NCBI RefSeq assembly: GCF_963921235.1
Contig: NC_086104.1
Location: forward strand, 153,078,001 to 153,142,000
Length of the DNA: 64,000 nucleotides
From: Mobula hypostoma
Taxonomy: Eukaryota
Direction of reading: 5' to 3'
Shown: positions 1-11,877 of the stretch, piece by piece
Position numbering within the stretch: position 1 is the stretch's first letter
Layout: each line of letters opens with the position of its first letter
Notes under the pieces: generated by a model
The model's input: only the letters and a program-made list of their open reading frames with translations
Database searches by the model: none
What the model was told of the DNA's origin: nothing
Translations under genes and position numbers: made by a program

Positions 1-43
1 AACAAGTTAAAAAGGAGTCAGCTTCAAATAGAAATTTTTTTAC

Positions 44-1287
44 CTTCTTTCATCTTTTCCTTTCAGTGTCTTGATGTTAGAGCTTTTGACATCTCGCCGC
101 TTAACTGTGCTCATTACTGTTTTTGGAGATCCACTTACATTTTGTACTGCCCCTTTACTTTTTATATTTCTTGTAGGAGACTCCAAGGTTGAATGCAACT
201 TTTGAGCAGATCTTGTAAAAGGTTTCCATATTGTCACTGGCCTACTGGCAGCAGAATTAGATCCATTCTGTATGCTTGCACTGTACAGAGATCTCTCCAC
301 TTTGACACTTGCAAACTGCTGTTCTCTCTTGTTTAATTTCCCACAGATCTTTTCCATCTTCTCTTTCGGAATTGTCACCGTACTTGTAGATTTAGCTGCT
401 GCTGAGGTTGTCTTAACCACTCTGGGGGCCACTGTTGAGGCTCCTACAGGCTTGGAGTCACCTACAGGCCTGGCTGCTCCTGGGGCGGCCCTGAGCTCAC
501 CCACGGGCCTGGCTGCTCCCGGGGCGGCCCTGGGCGCACCCACGGGCCTGGCTGCTCCCGGGGCGGCCCTGGGCGCACCCACGGGCCTGGCTGCTCCCGG
601 GGCGGCCCTGGGCGCACCCACGGGCCTGGCTGCTCCCGGGGCGGCCCTGGGCGCACCCACGGGCCTGGCTGCTCCCGGGGCGGCCCTGGGCGCACCCACG
701 GGCCTGGCTGCTCCCGGGGCGGCCCTGGGCGCACCCACGGGCCTGGCTGCTCCCGGGGCGGCCCTGGGCGCACCCACGGGCCTGGCTGCTCCCGGGGCGG
801 CCCTGGGCGCACCCACGAGCCTGGCTGCTCCCAGGGCGGCCCTGGCTATATTGTCAGTACCAATTGCCCATGATTGATTGTCTGAAGCAGTATTCTTTAA
901 TTTGCAGTCTTGAGTATTATTTGCTCGTAAAGTAAACGGCTTAATTAAAGCTCTGTTTGAAGACTGTCCCACAATTTGAGCTTTACCAACTGTGAGTTTA
1001 TTTTCCTTTTCTTGGTCGCTTGAGTTATAATGAAATTCACCACATGCTGAAGCTTCATGTTGCAAATCCCCCACACATTGTCTGGATTGGGTCACTGGAT
1101 CAGCGATAGATTCCTTTGACTCCACAGGGAGTAAAACAGTCATAACTTGTTTAGTGAGTGTGGATTTTGAATCACACTGAACTTGATTCCTAGAAATTAC
1201 TGATTCGTAATGATTCATGCATGTTGGGTTCTTCACACTGTTTAGCTTAGATGGTTTTGTGTGAGCATCATGCTTCCGATTTCCCCC
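44..1287 (-). CDS. CKAP2L: CKAP2L large coding exon 4 (GGNRK...KDERR)
   Basis: Lies within ORF 40..1314; TTTCAG acceptor ending at 1288, GTAAAA donor at 43; KEN box (QEKENK); basic, Ser/Thr-rich. Confidence 0.88.
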
Positions 1288-4200
1288 CTGAAACAGGCGA
1301 AGTTCATGCAACATCAGTCAAAGCAATGATTAAACCAAGTTTTTAAAAAATCCTTTCATTTCACAAATGTTTCTGATGATTTGGAAAATTTTAAATGCTT
1401 TATCCTCCTAACCTATTAATCTTGGAATCCCCTTATCCATTCACTATGAAAACTGTATTTGAGCATATCACTTTCTCGTTTGTCACTGACTCAACCAGGA
1501 ATTTCACAATTTCTGCATTTTTTTTTAACCTTCCAAGCCCATCTCAGAATCACTTAAATTTAAGTCATCTTCAATCTCCTACAATTTAGGTCTCCACTTC
1601 CTGGCTTTTCTAGCTCCAAACTAAACTTCTGCAAACTCACATGTACCACTGTAAACCAGCACACTAATGCTGTACTGATTAAAATACAGAGCTTTTACAA
1701 AACTATTCTATTTAATTTGCTTCATATCAAATTCTCACCCCAAAACCACCTTTGAAAGATTTAATTGCTGACTTCCATCTTCCCTCCCTCGGAAACCAAT
1801 AAATCCTGTTGTTATTCTTTATAACAAAATGTTCAATTACCAATTGCTTCCCAGCTTATTTAGTTTTTCCTCACATCTCTTTTTAAACAAAAATTAACAA
1901 CAACTTAAGGAACAGAGAAGAGATTACCAACTACTAAACCAGTGATTTGAGATATTAAATTTTGCCCCGTGGGTTTTGAACACAATTGTTCCCAATTCTC
2001 ATTCAATACAGAACTGAGAAAATGAAAAGATAATTCAAGACATATTCAATGATCCCTCCTACAAGTGCCACAAGTTAATAAGGCTCATCTACTACAATCT
2101 GGAATGGCTTAATGAAAAGAAAATACACATCAAGATACTGCTTTGACATATCAATTTGAGTGAAGCACAGACACTCTGATGAAAGATTTTAAACTCAAAA
2201 CAGTAACTACTTCCACAACAAATGATGTTAACCCAAGTATTTCTATCATTTCCCCATATGCCCTCTTCTTATTGTTACTGTTGGAAAGGAAGTACAGAAG
2301 CCTGAATGCACACACTCAGCAATTCAGGAACAGCTTCTTCCCCTCTTATTTCCATTTTTGCAATATTTTTGATTTAACTATATATATACACATATATACA
2401 TATACACACACACACTCTGCATTGTACTACTGCTGTTAAGTTAACAAATTTCATGTCATATTGTCATATCGCCATTCACTGTGATCATGTCAGCCATACT
2501 GTACTGGCTCAAAGGGCCGAATGGCCTACTCCTGCACCTATTGTCTATTGTCTATCATATGCTGGTAATATTAACCCAATTCTGATATTGTACCTAATGA
2601 TATGCAGTTGTAGAATTGGCAAGAAATTGTCATTATCAATAGGTAAACTGTTAAAACAAGCTCTGGATTAAGCCCAGTCAAGTTCATCCGAACCAGAAAC
2701 AGTGTTGTACTACAAACTTAATGCCCTTCAGTAAAAATTAGCCTCACTTTAACTAAGTAACTCTTACTCTGAAACGGATCAGTTTCTGACTTACCAAGGC
2801 AGCTTTTAATGGAGCAATTCGTTGCTGTAGCTTCTGATTAGTTTTGTCCCCCAAATAGTATCTGAAAAGAGATACTTTAATATGAGAACAATATACAACT
2901 TGAATTCTTTATTCTCCACAGACATCGTCAAAGCAGAATACTGACCCCAAAGAATCAATTGCAGAAAAAAAGTGGGGGTCAGGCGGAGAAGGGTGAAAAG
3001 TGTGGACTTAAAAAGCACATTGCAATATCTGCCAATTTAATAGCTAAGATCCTAGTTACTCATATTTTCAGCTTTTACATTTTTTCTTAAACCCTAGTTC
3101 TCCATGTGCCATGTTTGTTTCCTCCTTTACCTTCGCCTTCAAGTTTTCAGTAATTATATTGAAATTCTCCTAAATATTTGAACATAGAACATAGAATAGT
3201 ATAGTACATTACAGGCCCTTCAGCCCACAATGTTGTGCTGACCCTCAAACCCTGCCCCCCATATAACCCCCCACCTTAAATTCCTCCATATACCTGTCTA
3301 GTAGTCTCTTAAACTTCACTAGTATATCTGCCTCTACCACTGACTCAGGCAGTGTATCCCATGCACCAATCACTCTCTGAGTAAAAAACCTTCCTCTAAT
3401 ATCCCCCTTGAACTTCCCACCCCTTATCTTAAAGCCATGTCTTCTTGTATTGAGCAGTGGTGCCCTGGGGAAGAGGGAGATTTGAGTATATTAATGTCCC
3501 TATGTGTTTTGTAATTTTTGGAGGATAAAAAAAATGCACTTCCATTTATCAAACACTCAGTCTGAAGAAATTTTTAAAATGCAGTAATGAGACCTGGTTG
3601 AATAGACAATACCTAAGCAGCATGTTAGGGTAGTGGTTGTCGATGGAACAAGGCAGCACAATAGTTTGGCACATACCATATGGGCCAATGTACCTGTTTT
3701 TGTGTTGTGTTCTATGACTCTAAATCTGCTTGCTTGTTAGACCGCAGTCTAACCGGAAGACCACAGTCTGTGTGGATTGATGATAACATATCCTCCTCAC
3801 GGACGATCAACACTCGTGTACCTCTGTGGTGTGTGCTTAGCCCACTGCTCTACTCTTTGTAAACACACGTCTAGGCATAGCTCAAATACCATCTCCAAAT
3901 TTGCTGACAATACAACCATTGTTGGTAGAATCTCAGGTGGTGACGAGATGGTGTACAGGACTGAGATATGCCAACTTGTGGAATGGTGCCGCAGCAACAA
4001 CCTGGCACTCAGCGTCCATTTAGGAATCGGATGGCAGAGGGCAAGACGAAAGAGCTGATTGTGGACTTTAGGAGGGGTAAGACGAAGGAGCGCATACCAA
4101 TCCTCATAGAGGGATCAGAAGTGGTGAGAGTGAACAGCTTCAAGTTCCTCAGTGTCAACATCTCTGAGGATCTAACCTGGTCCCACCATATCGATGTAGT

Positions 4201-7200
4201 CATAAAAAAGACAAGGCAGCAGCTATATTTTATTAGGTGTTTGAAGAGATTTGACATGTCAACAAATACATTCAAAAACCTTTATATTTATACAGTGGAG
4301 AGCATTCTGACAGGCTGCATCACTGTCTGGTATGGAGAGGCTACTGCACAGGACCAAAAGAAGCTGCAGAAGGCTGTAAATCTAGTTAGCTCCATCTTGG
4401 GCTCTAGCCTACAAAATACCCAGGACATCTTCAGGAAGCGGTGTCTCAGAAAGGCAGCGTCCATTATTAAGAACCTCCAGCACCCAGGGCATTCCCTTTT
4501 CTCACTGCTACTATCAGGTAGGAGGTACAAAAGCCTGAAGGCACACACTCAGCGATTCAGGAACAGCTTCTTGCCCTCTGCCATCTGATTCCTAAATGGA
4601 CATTGAAGCTTTGGACACTACCTCACTGTCTGTGAAGTCACCTCCAGACATTGGTTAAAACTAAACAAATAGTCCATTTTTCTATTTTGTGATTGCTGTT
4701 TCAACCCTTTGACTCCTTGCAGGATAAGGAAACTAACACCAATACCCCTCGCATGCCAGCATCTCAAGCACTGAGGTCCTAATTACATTTCGTTGGTTTT
4801 GTTTGGACAAAACATATTGTTCACATGCCTGATTTCTGACCTGATAAACAGATAAAAGGTCCAAGATAGAAATATTCCAAATAAAAACAAGAAAAAAAGC
4901 ATTGAAAGGTTATTGACTTGAAATGCTGACTGATTAACCTCCCACTGATGCAACCTGACCTTGTGAGCAATTTCTGGTTTTATTTCTGAGCATCTGTAAA
5001 TTTTTCCTTTTCATTCTTTGATGCCTCAAGAGACATTCTTGATGAGACATTCCCTCACACAAATTCCTGTGGAAGCAGTGTTGTGTGATAGAATATTTAG
5101 TCAGTTGTACTGGCTCTGTCCATCAAATACTTCTCAGAAAAGCATGACTGAACCCACTGCAATTAAACAATAACTGTATCAAATGTTAATTATTCCATTG
5201 GATAATTAAACTTCTGTACTCAGTACATACTCTCTCTAAACCAGCAAATTCTCATGTAGGTTCTGAACAGCTCCAAACATGTACAGGTTACTAGGTTGAT
5301 TGGTCATAAGTGAATAATTAGACAGCAGGGTCTCGTAGGGGCACAAGGGTCTGTTACTATGCTGCATCTCTAAATAGTTTTTTAGAAACAGTGCTCTTCC
5401 ATGTCCATTTCAACTGGCTGTTTGTACTGCCTGAGGCTATACTCTCTGGAGTTCAGAAGAATGAGAGGGGATCTTATCGAAACATACAAAATTTTGAAAG
5501 GGGTAGATAAGATAGAAGTTGGAAAGTAGGAAAGTAAGTGAGGCTAGAACTAGGGGACATAGCCTCAAGATTCAGGGGAGAAAATTTAAGACAAGGATGA
5601 GGAGAAACTGTTTTTCCCAGAGAGTGGTGAATCTGTGGAATTCTCAGCCCAGGGAAGCAGTTGAGGCTTCTTCACTAAGTATATTTAAGAAACAGAGGGA
5701 TAGGTTTTTACATAGTAATGGAATTAAGGGTTATAGGGAAAAGGCAGGTAGATGGAGCTGAGTTTATGGACAGATCAGCCATGATCCTATTGAATGGCGG
5801 GGCAGGATCGATGGGCCGGATGGCCTACTCCTGCTCCTATTTCTTATGTTCTTATATGTATCAATGCTAGTTACTTCCATATCCTTCGGCTCTAAAAGAT
5901 TATACCCATAGAACTTGTGCTAACTTCAACAAGAAATAAATTCAATAGCAACTGATTTTAATCATTGTACATTATGCAAAATTAATCTCATAATAAAGTT
6001 GGTTAAAATCGGCACACCATTAAAGGAGTCTCACCAAGTGTTCATGTCAGATAACGGTGGGGATCTGGAGACAGGTTACGAGGTTGAGTGAAAACTAGAA
6101 GAGCAGGAAGACTTCGAGCTGGTTTGAAATTAGTCATTCAACCAAATTACATTAGAACAGAAATAATATAAAATTAACCTTTGAGAAAAATGATTATCAA
6201 TACTTACGCCAGAAACAGGAGTATGTAGTTTTCAAAAAGAAAAAAAAACACCACAACAATACTACAGGGGAGAAAAGGGACAAATCTATCAGATAATTGC
6301 CGCACTCATGTAATGTAACCCATACACATTTTGACTAGAATGTTTTCCGAACTAATGTGGACAAACCTGTCATTAGGACCCGGAATCTTCAGTTTCCCCT
6401 TTCTCTGGAGATAGGCTTCAAGTTGTTGCCTTCGGCATTCTGTTTCAGAGGGGGAAAGAATTGTTATGGGTTAAACTTGTAATCATCATTTAATTAAATC
6501 TAAAAATGCACTGAAATCACAAAACTTTCACAGGATAAAGTGGTGATTGCATTTGCTTGAAAATACAACTGCTGAAATCACAAACTACGCAATGCGTAAC
6601 CAGTAAAAATCTGTTGCAAGTTGCTCATAATCAAGCAACCACAATATACTTCTCATAAATTCTTGGCAACTCAGCTCAAAGCTTTTCAAGCTGGTTTGTT
6701 ATACAGCTTTTGTTATAGATTCCAACATTTTTTCTACCATCTGCATTAGATGAATAGGTTGATAATTCCCCACTTTATTCTTCCCTTCTTTCTTTAATAT
6801 AGTTCACATTTGTAATGCTTCCACAGAAATTATTCCAAAAAGTATGGAATCCCAGAAAGTGACAACCAAAGCATCAACTGTTGTTAAAATCCTGTCCAAA
6901 GCTCTGGGATGTAGTTCATCAGGTCCTTGGTATATATCAGTTTTCAGACTCACCAACTTTTCTAATACTCTGTTTGGTCAACAGATAAATCCTGCAGTTC
7001 CTCATACTACATCCTTGGTTCTCTAATATTGCTTGTCTTCCATAATTGTTTAATTTCACTGCTATTTTCCATTATAATTTCCAATGTCTGTGCCCTTGCT
7101 AGTAGTACATGAAAATGCCCTTCAAGGCAAACACCATCCTACTTAGCAACATACACAAAACAGTGGAGGAACTCAGCAGGTTAGGCAGCATCTATAGAAA

Positions 7201-10200
7201 AGAATAAACAGTCGACAGGTGGAGGGAGGGGAAAGAGACTAGCTGGAATCTGGTAGGTGAAGCCAGCTTCGTGGGAAAGGTCAAGGGCCGGAGACAAAAG
7301 AATTTAATAGGCGAGGAGAATGGACCATGGGACAAAGGGAAGGAGAAGGAGACCCAGCAGGGGTAAGTAATAGGCAGGTGAGAAGTACAAGGTCTGAGTG
7401 CGGAATTTGTTGACCAGAAGCAGAAATCTATATTCATGCCATCAGGATGGAGAGTAACCAGATGGAATATAAAGTGTTGGTCCTCCACTGGAGGGTGGCC
7501 TCCTCTTGACTCAAGAGGAAGCCATGGATTGTCATGTCGGAACGGGAGTGGGAATCAGAATTAAAATGTTTGGTCACAGGAAAGTCCCGCTTGTGGCGGA
7601 TGGTGTGAAGGTGCACTGCCTCAACGACTACCGTCCCGTCACACTCACGTCCATCGTCATGAAGTGTTTCGAGAGGCTCGTCATGAGGCACATCAAGACC
7701 CTGCTGCCCTCCTCACTGGACCCCCTGCAGTTCGCATACTGTCCCAGCCGTTCAACAGACAACGCCATTGCCATCACTCTCCACCTGGCCAAAAAAGACA
7801 CGTACATTCGAATGCTGTTCATAGACTTCAGTTCAGCATTTAACACAATCATTCCTCAGAAACTGATTGGAAAGCTGAGCCTACTGGGCCTGAACACCTC
7901 CCTCTGCAACTGGATCCTAGACTTCCTAACTGGGAGACCTCAGTCAGTCCGGATTGGAAGCAGCATCTCCAACACCATCACACTGAGCACGGGGGCCCCC
8001 CAGGGTTGTGTGCTCAGTCCACTGCTGTTCACTCTGCTGCAACACACAGCTCGAACCACATCATCAAGTTCGCCGATGACACGACCGTGGTGGGTCTCAT
8101 CAGCAAGAACGATGAGTCAGCACAGAGAGGAGGTGCAGCAGCTAATGGACTGGTGCAGAGCCAACAACCTGTCTCTGAATGTGAACAAAACAAAAGAGAT
8201 GGTTGTTAACTTCAGGAGGACATGGAGCGACCACTGTCCGCTGAACATCGACGACTCCTCCATAGAGATCATTAAGAGCACCAAATTTCTTGGTGTTCAC
8301 CTGGCAGAGAATCTCACCTGGCTCCTCAGTACCAGCTCCATAGCAAAGAAAGCCCAGCAGCATCTCTACTTTCTGCGAAGGCTGAAAAAAGTCCATCTCC
8401 CACCCCCGATCCTCACCACATTCTACAGAGGTTGTATTGAGAGCATCCTGAGCAGCTGCATCACTGCCTGGTTCGGAAATTGCACCATCTTGGATCGCAA
8501 GACCCTGCAGCTGATAGTGAGGTCAGCTGAGAAGATCATCGGGGTCTCTCTTCCCACCATTAGAGACATTTACACCACACGCTGCATCCACAAAGCAAAC
8601 AGCATTATGAAGGACTCCATGCACCCCCCATACGAACTCTTCCCCCTCCTGCCATCTGGCAAAAGGCACCGAAGCATTTGGGCTCTCACTACCAGACTAT
8701 GTAACAGTTTCTTCCCCCAAGTCATCAGACCCCTCAATACCCAGAGCCTGGACCGACATCAACCTACTGCCCTCTACTGTGCCTATTGTCTTGTTTATTA
8801 TTTATTGTAATGCCTGCACTGTTTTGTGCACTTTATGCAGTCCTGGGTAGGTCTGTAGTCTAGTGAAGTTTTGTGTTTTTTTTTTTACGTAGTTCAGTGT
8901 AGTTTTTGAATTGTTCATGTAGTACCATGGTCCTGAAAAACGCTGTCTCGTTTTTACTGTGTACTGTACCAGTAGTTATGGTCGAAATGACAATAAAAAA
9001 TGATTCGAATTGACTTGAAATGATGGGTCGAATTACTGGGACTCCATACCTTTTAAAAATAAATTGGTAAATTGGTTTATTAATGTCACATGTAATGAGA
9101 TTTTGCATCCATCCATACTGATCATTACAACAGTACATTGAGGTGATACAAGGGAAAACAATAACAGAATGCACCGAAAGTGCAGTGTTAGCCGATCATA
9201 AGGTGCTAGTCCATAACGAGGTAGTTTGTGAGGTCAAAAGTCCATTTTATCATACTATGGATTATTCAATAGTTAGTGGTGCAGAAGCTGTTCTCAAGCC
9301 TGCTGACAGGTGCTTTCAGGCTTTTAATTTCTACCTGGTGGTAGAGGTGAAGATGACAGAATGTCCATGTTGTCTTACCAAGGCAGCAAGAAATGATGAG
9401 TCTACGGAGAAAAATCAGCTATCTATTAATTTCCATAGATGTGGCCTGACCTGCTGGGTTCCTCCAGCATTTTGTGTGCCCACGGAGGGCCTCTTGAAAA
9501 GCACCCTCTAATGGACATTCTGATGCAAAAGCACTATATCAGGTTTTGAAAGATTAGCAGGCTCACATTACAGCAATATCAATCACAGCAAAACCACTGG
9601 AGGAACTTAGTGGGTCAAGCAGCATTTATGGAGGTAAAAGGACGGCCGGCAATTTAGATCGACGGCGTACATTGAGAATCAACATGGCAGCAGACCTCTG
9701 CCAGCTCTTTCTATAGAAGACACGAAAGGTGCACATGCCACTTGCCTGGTAGAGCAAAAACTATCGTGTTTTATTGTAGGTTTTGATATAGTCCACTCTG
9801 GATGCTGACAGAGCCCAGTATCTTATTCTGACCTTTAAATTCTTCATCTCCCATCATCCAGCAAACCAAACTGCCCTGGAAGAAACCAGTTCATGGTTCA
9901 TGCTCTAACTTGGAGAGGCCAAACTCAGATTGTATGATGACTTGCAAAACACTACGATAAGGTCAGTAAGGTCGACTCTGAGCTTCCAGTTGCCTCTCAC
10001 TTTAATTCTCCATCACATTCATCCTTCAATGTTTCTCCTATAGCATCAGGTACAAGAGGTTGTATCTCATGTTCAAGCTTTTTGTCATGCATACATATCT
10101 AGTGTATACATGACATGAAAATTAGTTTTTGCAGCAGCAGTAATACCACAGTGCATTAGAAAGATGATAAATCTTTTACACAAAACTTACATGACACAAT

Positions 10201-10863
10201 AACCAAAACAAAACCACAACATTTAAGCAATTTGACAGAAGTATCTACTTGCATGTTATAAACCTCGGAACTTAATATTGTGTTTAACAATTTCAAAGTC
10301 AAAGTCGAATTTATTGTTATTTACACAAGTACAAGTATGCACAGGTGCAAAGAACAGCTTACTTGCATCAGCATCACAGGCTACACCCCTCATGCAATCT
10401 GCTCAACCTGTCGGTTCGTAGAAGCTATTTCTACCTTGACAACTTCGTTCTGCACTTAGAGACATTCATTGCTCTCTCTATTCCCTCCACCAAAAGCACT
10501 TCTTGTTTGCTTACTATTCAAGTACTGATTGAGATGTCAAGGGCTGTTTCTTTCCCCAAAGATGCACTTTGACCTTCTGGGGCACTTCCAATATTCTTGG
10601 TTTTTTTTTGGTCATAATTTCAGTAACTCTATCTAAAATTAAAGACCCAAGGCAGATCAGACCTTAAAGCATGGATGTCAGCACTAAACAGATGTCCACT
10701 CCCCACCCATATTGACCACGGGCACCCGCGGTCCCCAGCTGGACAACTATTCATGCACGAAAAGGTGGGCAAACCCCTTATTGAGACGCTGTCAGATCCC
10801 CCTCACCCCACCTTTACCTGATTCGGCGATCCGAGCGCTGTCACACCGCCTTCTCGTCTCCAT
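44..10863 (-). CDS. CKAP2L: Cytoskeleton-associated protein 2-like, 5' part. Coding exons 10818-10863, 6367-6439, 2795-2861, 44-1287; gene continues beyond the left edge.
   Basis: Four exons with GT/AG ends and matching phases (1,2,0,2) splice to [50 protein letters not shown]...-large low-complexity exon with a KEN box ending KDERR. This matches the CKAP2L N-terminal ERxRKLxEYLxxKGKLK motif and the DRR-ending large exon. It sits next to IL1B, as in other vertebrates. Confidence 0.88.
461..845. repeat. 39-bp GC-rich coding minisatellite, about 10 units (8 identical, 500-811), encoding [13 protein letters not shown]
   Basis: Unit cccacgggcctggctgctcccggggcggccctgggcgca repeats in tandem, with variant terminal units. 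Confidence 0.97.
2795..2861 (-). CDS. CKAP2L: CKAP2L coding exon 3 ([23 protein letters not shown])
   Basis: TCTTTTCAG acceptor, GTAAGT donor; 67 nt joining phase 2 to phase 0. Confidence 0.8.
3181..3475 (-). mobile_element. CR1 LINE 3' fragment
   Basis: Short-repeat tail (aacatag) and the CR1 3' end shared with other copies in the window. Confidence 0.75.
3735..4627 (+). mobile_element. Rex1/Babar-like (L2/CR1-group) LINE, RT C-terminal fragment
   Basis: [40 protein letters not shown]. Confidence 0.8.
5161..5427 (-). pseudogene. IL-1beta 3' remnant (end of last coding exon plus 3'UTR) inside CKAP2L intron 2
   Basis: About 5391-5427 translates on minus as [12 protein letters not shown], against DKQPVEMDEKKH / NRQPVEMDVKEH in the intact copies. 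5161-5270 aligns with the IL1B 3'UTRs at about 19130-19230 and 38440-38541. A SINE fragment (about 5271-5375) interrupts it. Confidence 0.7.
5428..5835 (+). mobile_element. CR1 LINE 3' fragment
   Basis: RTRGHSLKI...[11 protein letters not shown]; ttcttatg-type tail. Confidence 0.85.
6367..6439 (-). CDS. CKAP2L: CKAP2L coding exon 2 ([24 protein letters not shown])
   Basis: Polypyrimidine tract plus AG acceptor, GT donor; conserved LxxYLxxKGKLK motif. Confidence 0.88.
7148..7612 (-). mobile_element. Penelope-like element 3' fragment
   Basis: GIY-YIG C-terminal remnants ([26 protein letters not shown]) and the PLE terminal sequence. Confidence 0.75.
7616..9018 (+). mobile_element. Rex1/Babar-like LINE, 5'-truncated, frameshifted RT
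   Basis: [48 protein letters not shown]; 3'UTR with AATAAA. Confidence 0.88.
10818..10863 (-). CDS. CKAP2L: CKAP2L coding exon 1 ([15 protein letters not shown]+G)
   Basis: ATG in a CpG island; donor CAG|GTAAAG; 46 nt, phase 1, fits exon 2. Confidence 0.8.
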
Positions 10864-11050
10864 GTCGCCACTCGCCGCACCACAACCGCCGTTGCGTTCA
10901 AACCAGCCGCCACCGTTCGCGCCGCTCCCTGACGGGAGGCGCCGCCATCGACGTATTTCAAATTCGGCCAATCGCAGCCCCGATGCCCTCGGTCGCGCCC
11001 TCTGACGCGGTTGGCGGGCTCGGGAGGCTGGCCGGCAGAGGGGCGGCCTC
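10864..11050 (-). promoter_or_regulatory. CKAP2L CpG-island promoter with CDE/CHR (10897-10911), second CHR (10957-10962), CCAAT (10968-10972), MYB-like CAACGG (10889-10894) and E2F-like TTGGCGGG (11011-11018)
   Basis: Minus strand reads GGCGG-CTGG-TTTGAA, i.e. CDE + 4 nt + CHR. The region is CpG-rich and directly upstream of the ATG. Confidence 0.7.
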
Positions 11051-11094
11051 CATCCTAGCAAGCCGTTTCTCCTCCGTTCAGAGCCCCAAACCGT

Positions 11095-11715
11095 GCTTCC
11101 AGGTGAGGTAACGCAAAAGATTCACCTGCGAATCTGCCGGGGTCCGATACGGCCTCCTCTACATTGGTGAGACCCGTGGTAAATTGGGAGACCGCTTCGT
11201 CGACCGCTCTGTACCATCCGCCACAGGCGGGACTTCACGATAGCCAATTATTTACATTCCGATTTCCATTCCCGTTTCGACGTGTTGGCCCATGCCTCCT
11301 CTTGTGCCAAGTTGTGTCCACCCTCAGGGTGGAGGAGCAACCCCTTATATTACGTCTAGGTAGCCTCCAACCTGATGGCATAAATATCAATTTCTCCTGG
11401 CGGTGAATAAATTCCCCACTCTGCCCTTTCACTTCTTCTCACCTGCCTGTTACTTGCCCCTGGGTCCACTGTTCCCTTTTTCCCGCGGTCCACTCTCTGC
11501 TATTAGATTCTTTTTTTTCTCCAGCCCTTTACCTTTCCTACCCACTTCTCTTCACCTATCACCCTCCAGCTCTCCTCGTTTCTCCTCCCTCCACCCTTTT
11601 ATTCTCACGTATTTCCTCTTCCTTCTCAGTCCTGAAGAAGGGTCTCGGCCCAAAACGCCGACTGTCTATTAGATGTTGCCTGACTTGCTGAGTTCATCCA
11701 GTATTTTGTGTCTGT
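11095..11715 (+). mobile_element. Penelope-like element 3' fragment
   Basis: YIGET-like ctctacattggtgagacc, EEQPLILRLGSLQPDGININFS, and a terminal degenerate hammerhead motif. Confidence 0.78.
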
Positions 11716-11877
11716 TCTATTGTTAGCTAGTGTAGGAAGGATGTTGATGAAAGACAGAGCTTATGATGTAAGCTGTCATAAGTTCTGGCATCTGCCTGAG
11801 GAAGCCCTGGAGAAGTTGCTTGAGTTTTATAATGAGGTCTGGAAGCACTGAATTCCTCCAGGACACTGGAAAAGAAT

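Noticed and set aside
461-845. CRISPR-like array
   Set aside because: The units are directly adjacent with no spacers, and the context is a eukaryotic coding exon.
272-877. 201-aa plus-strand ORF and 116-aa alternative-frame ORF (462..812)
   Set aside because: These are shadows of the stop-free, GC-rich 39-bp repeat in CKAP2L exon 4, with no independent gene signals.
1288-1314. Start MLHELRLFQ of ORF 40..1314
   Set aside because: Intronic. The acceptor TTTCAG ending at 1288 links in phase to upstream exons.
7506-8810. 434-aa ORF as a host gene
   Set aside because: It is a chimera of an antisense Penelope fragment and a frameshifted Rex/Babar RT.
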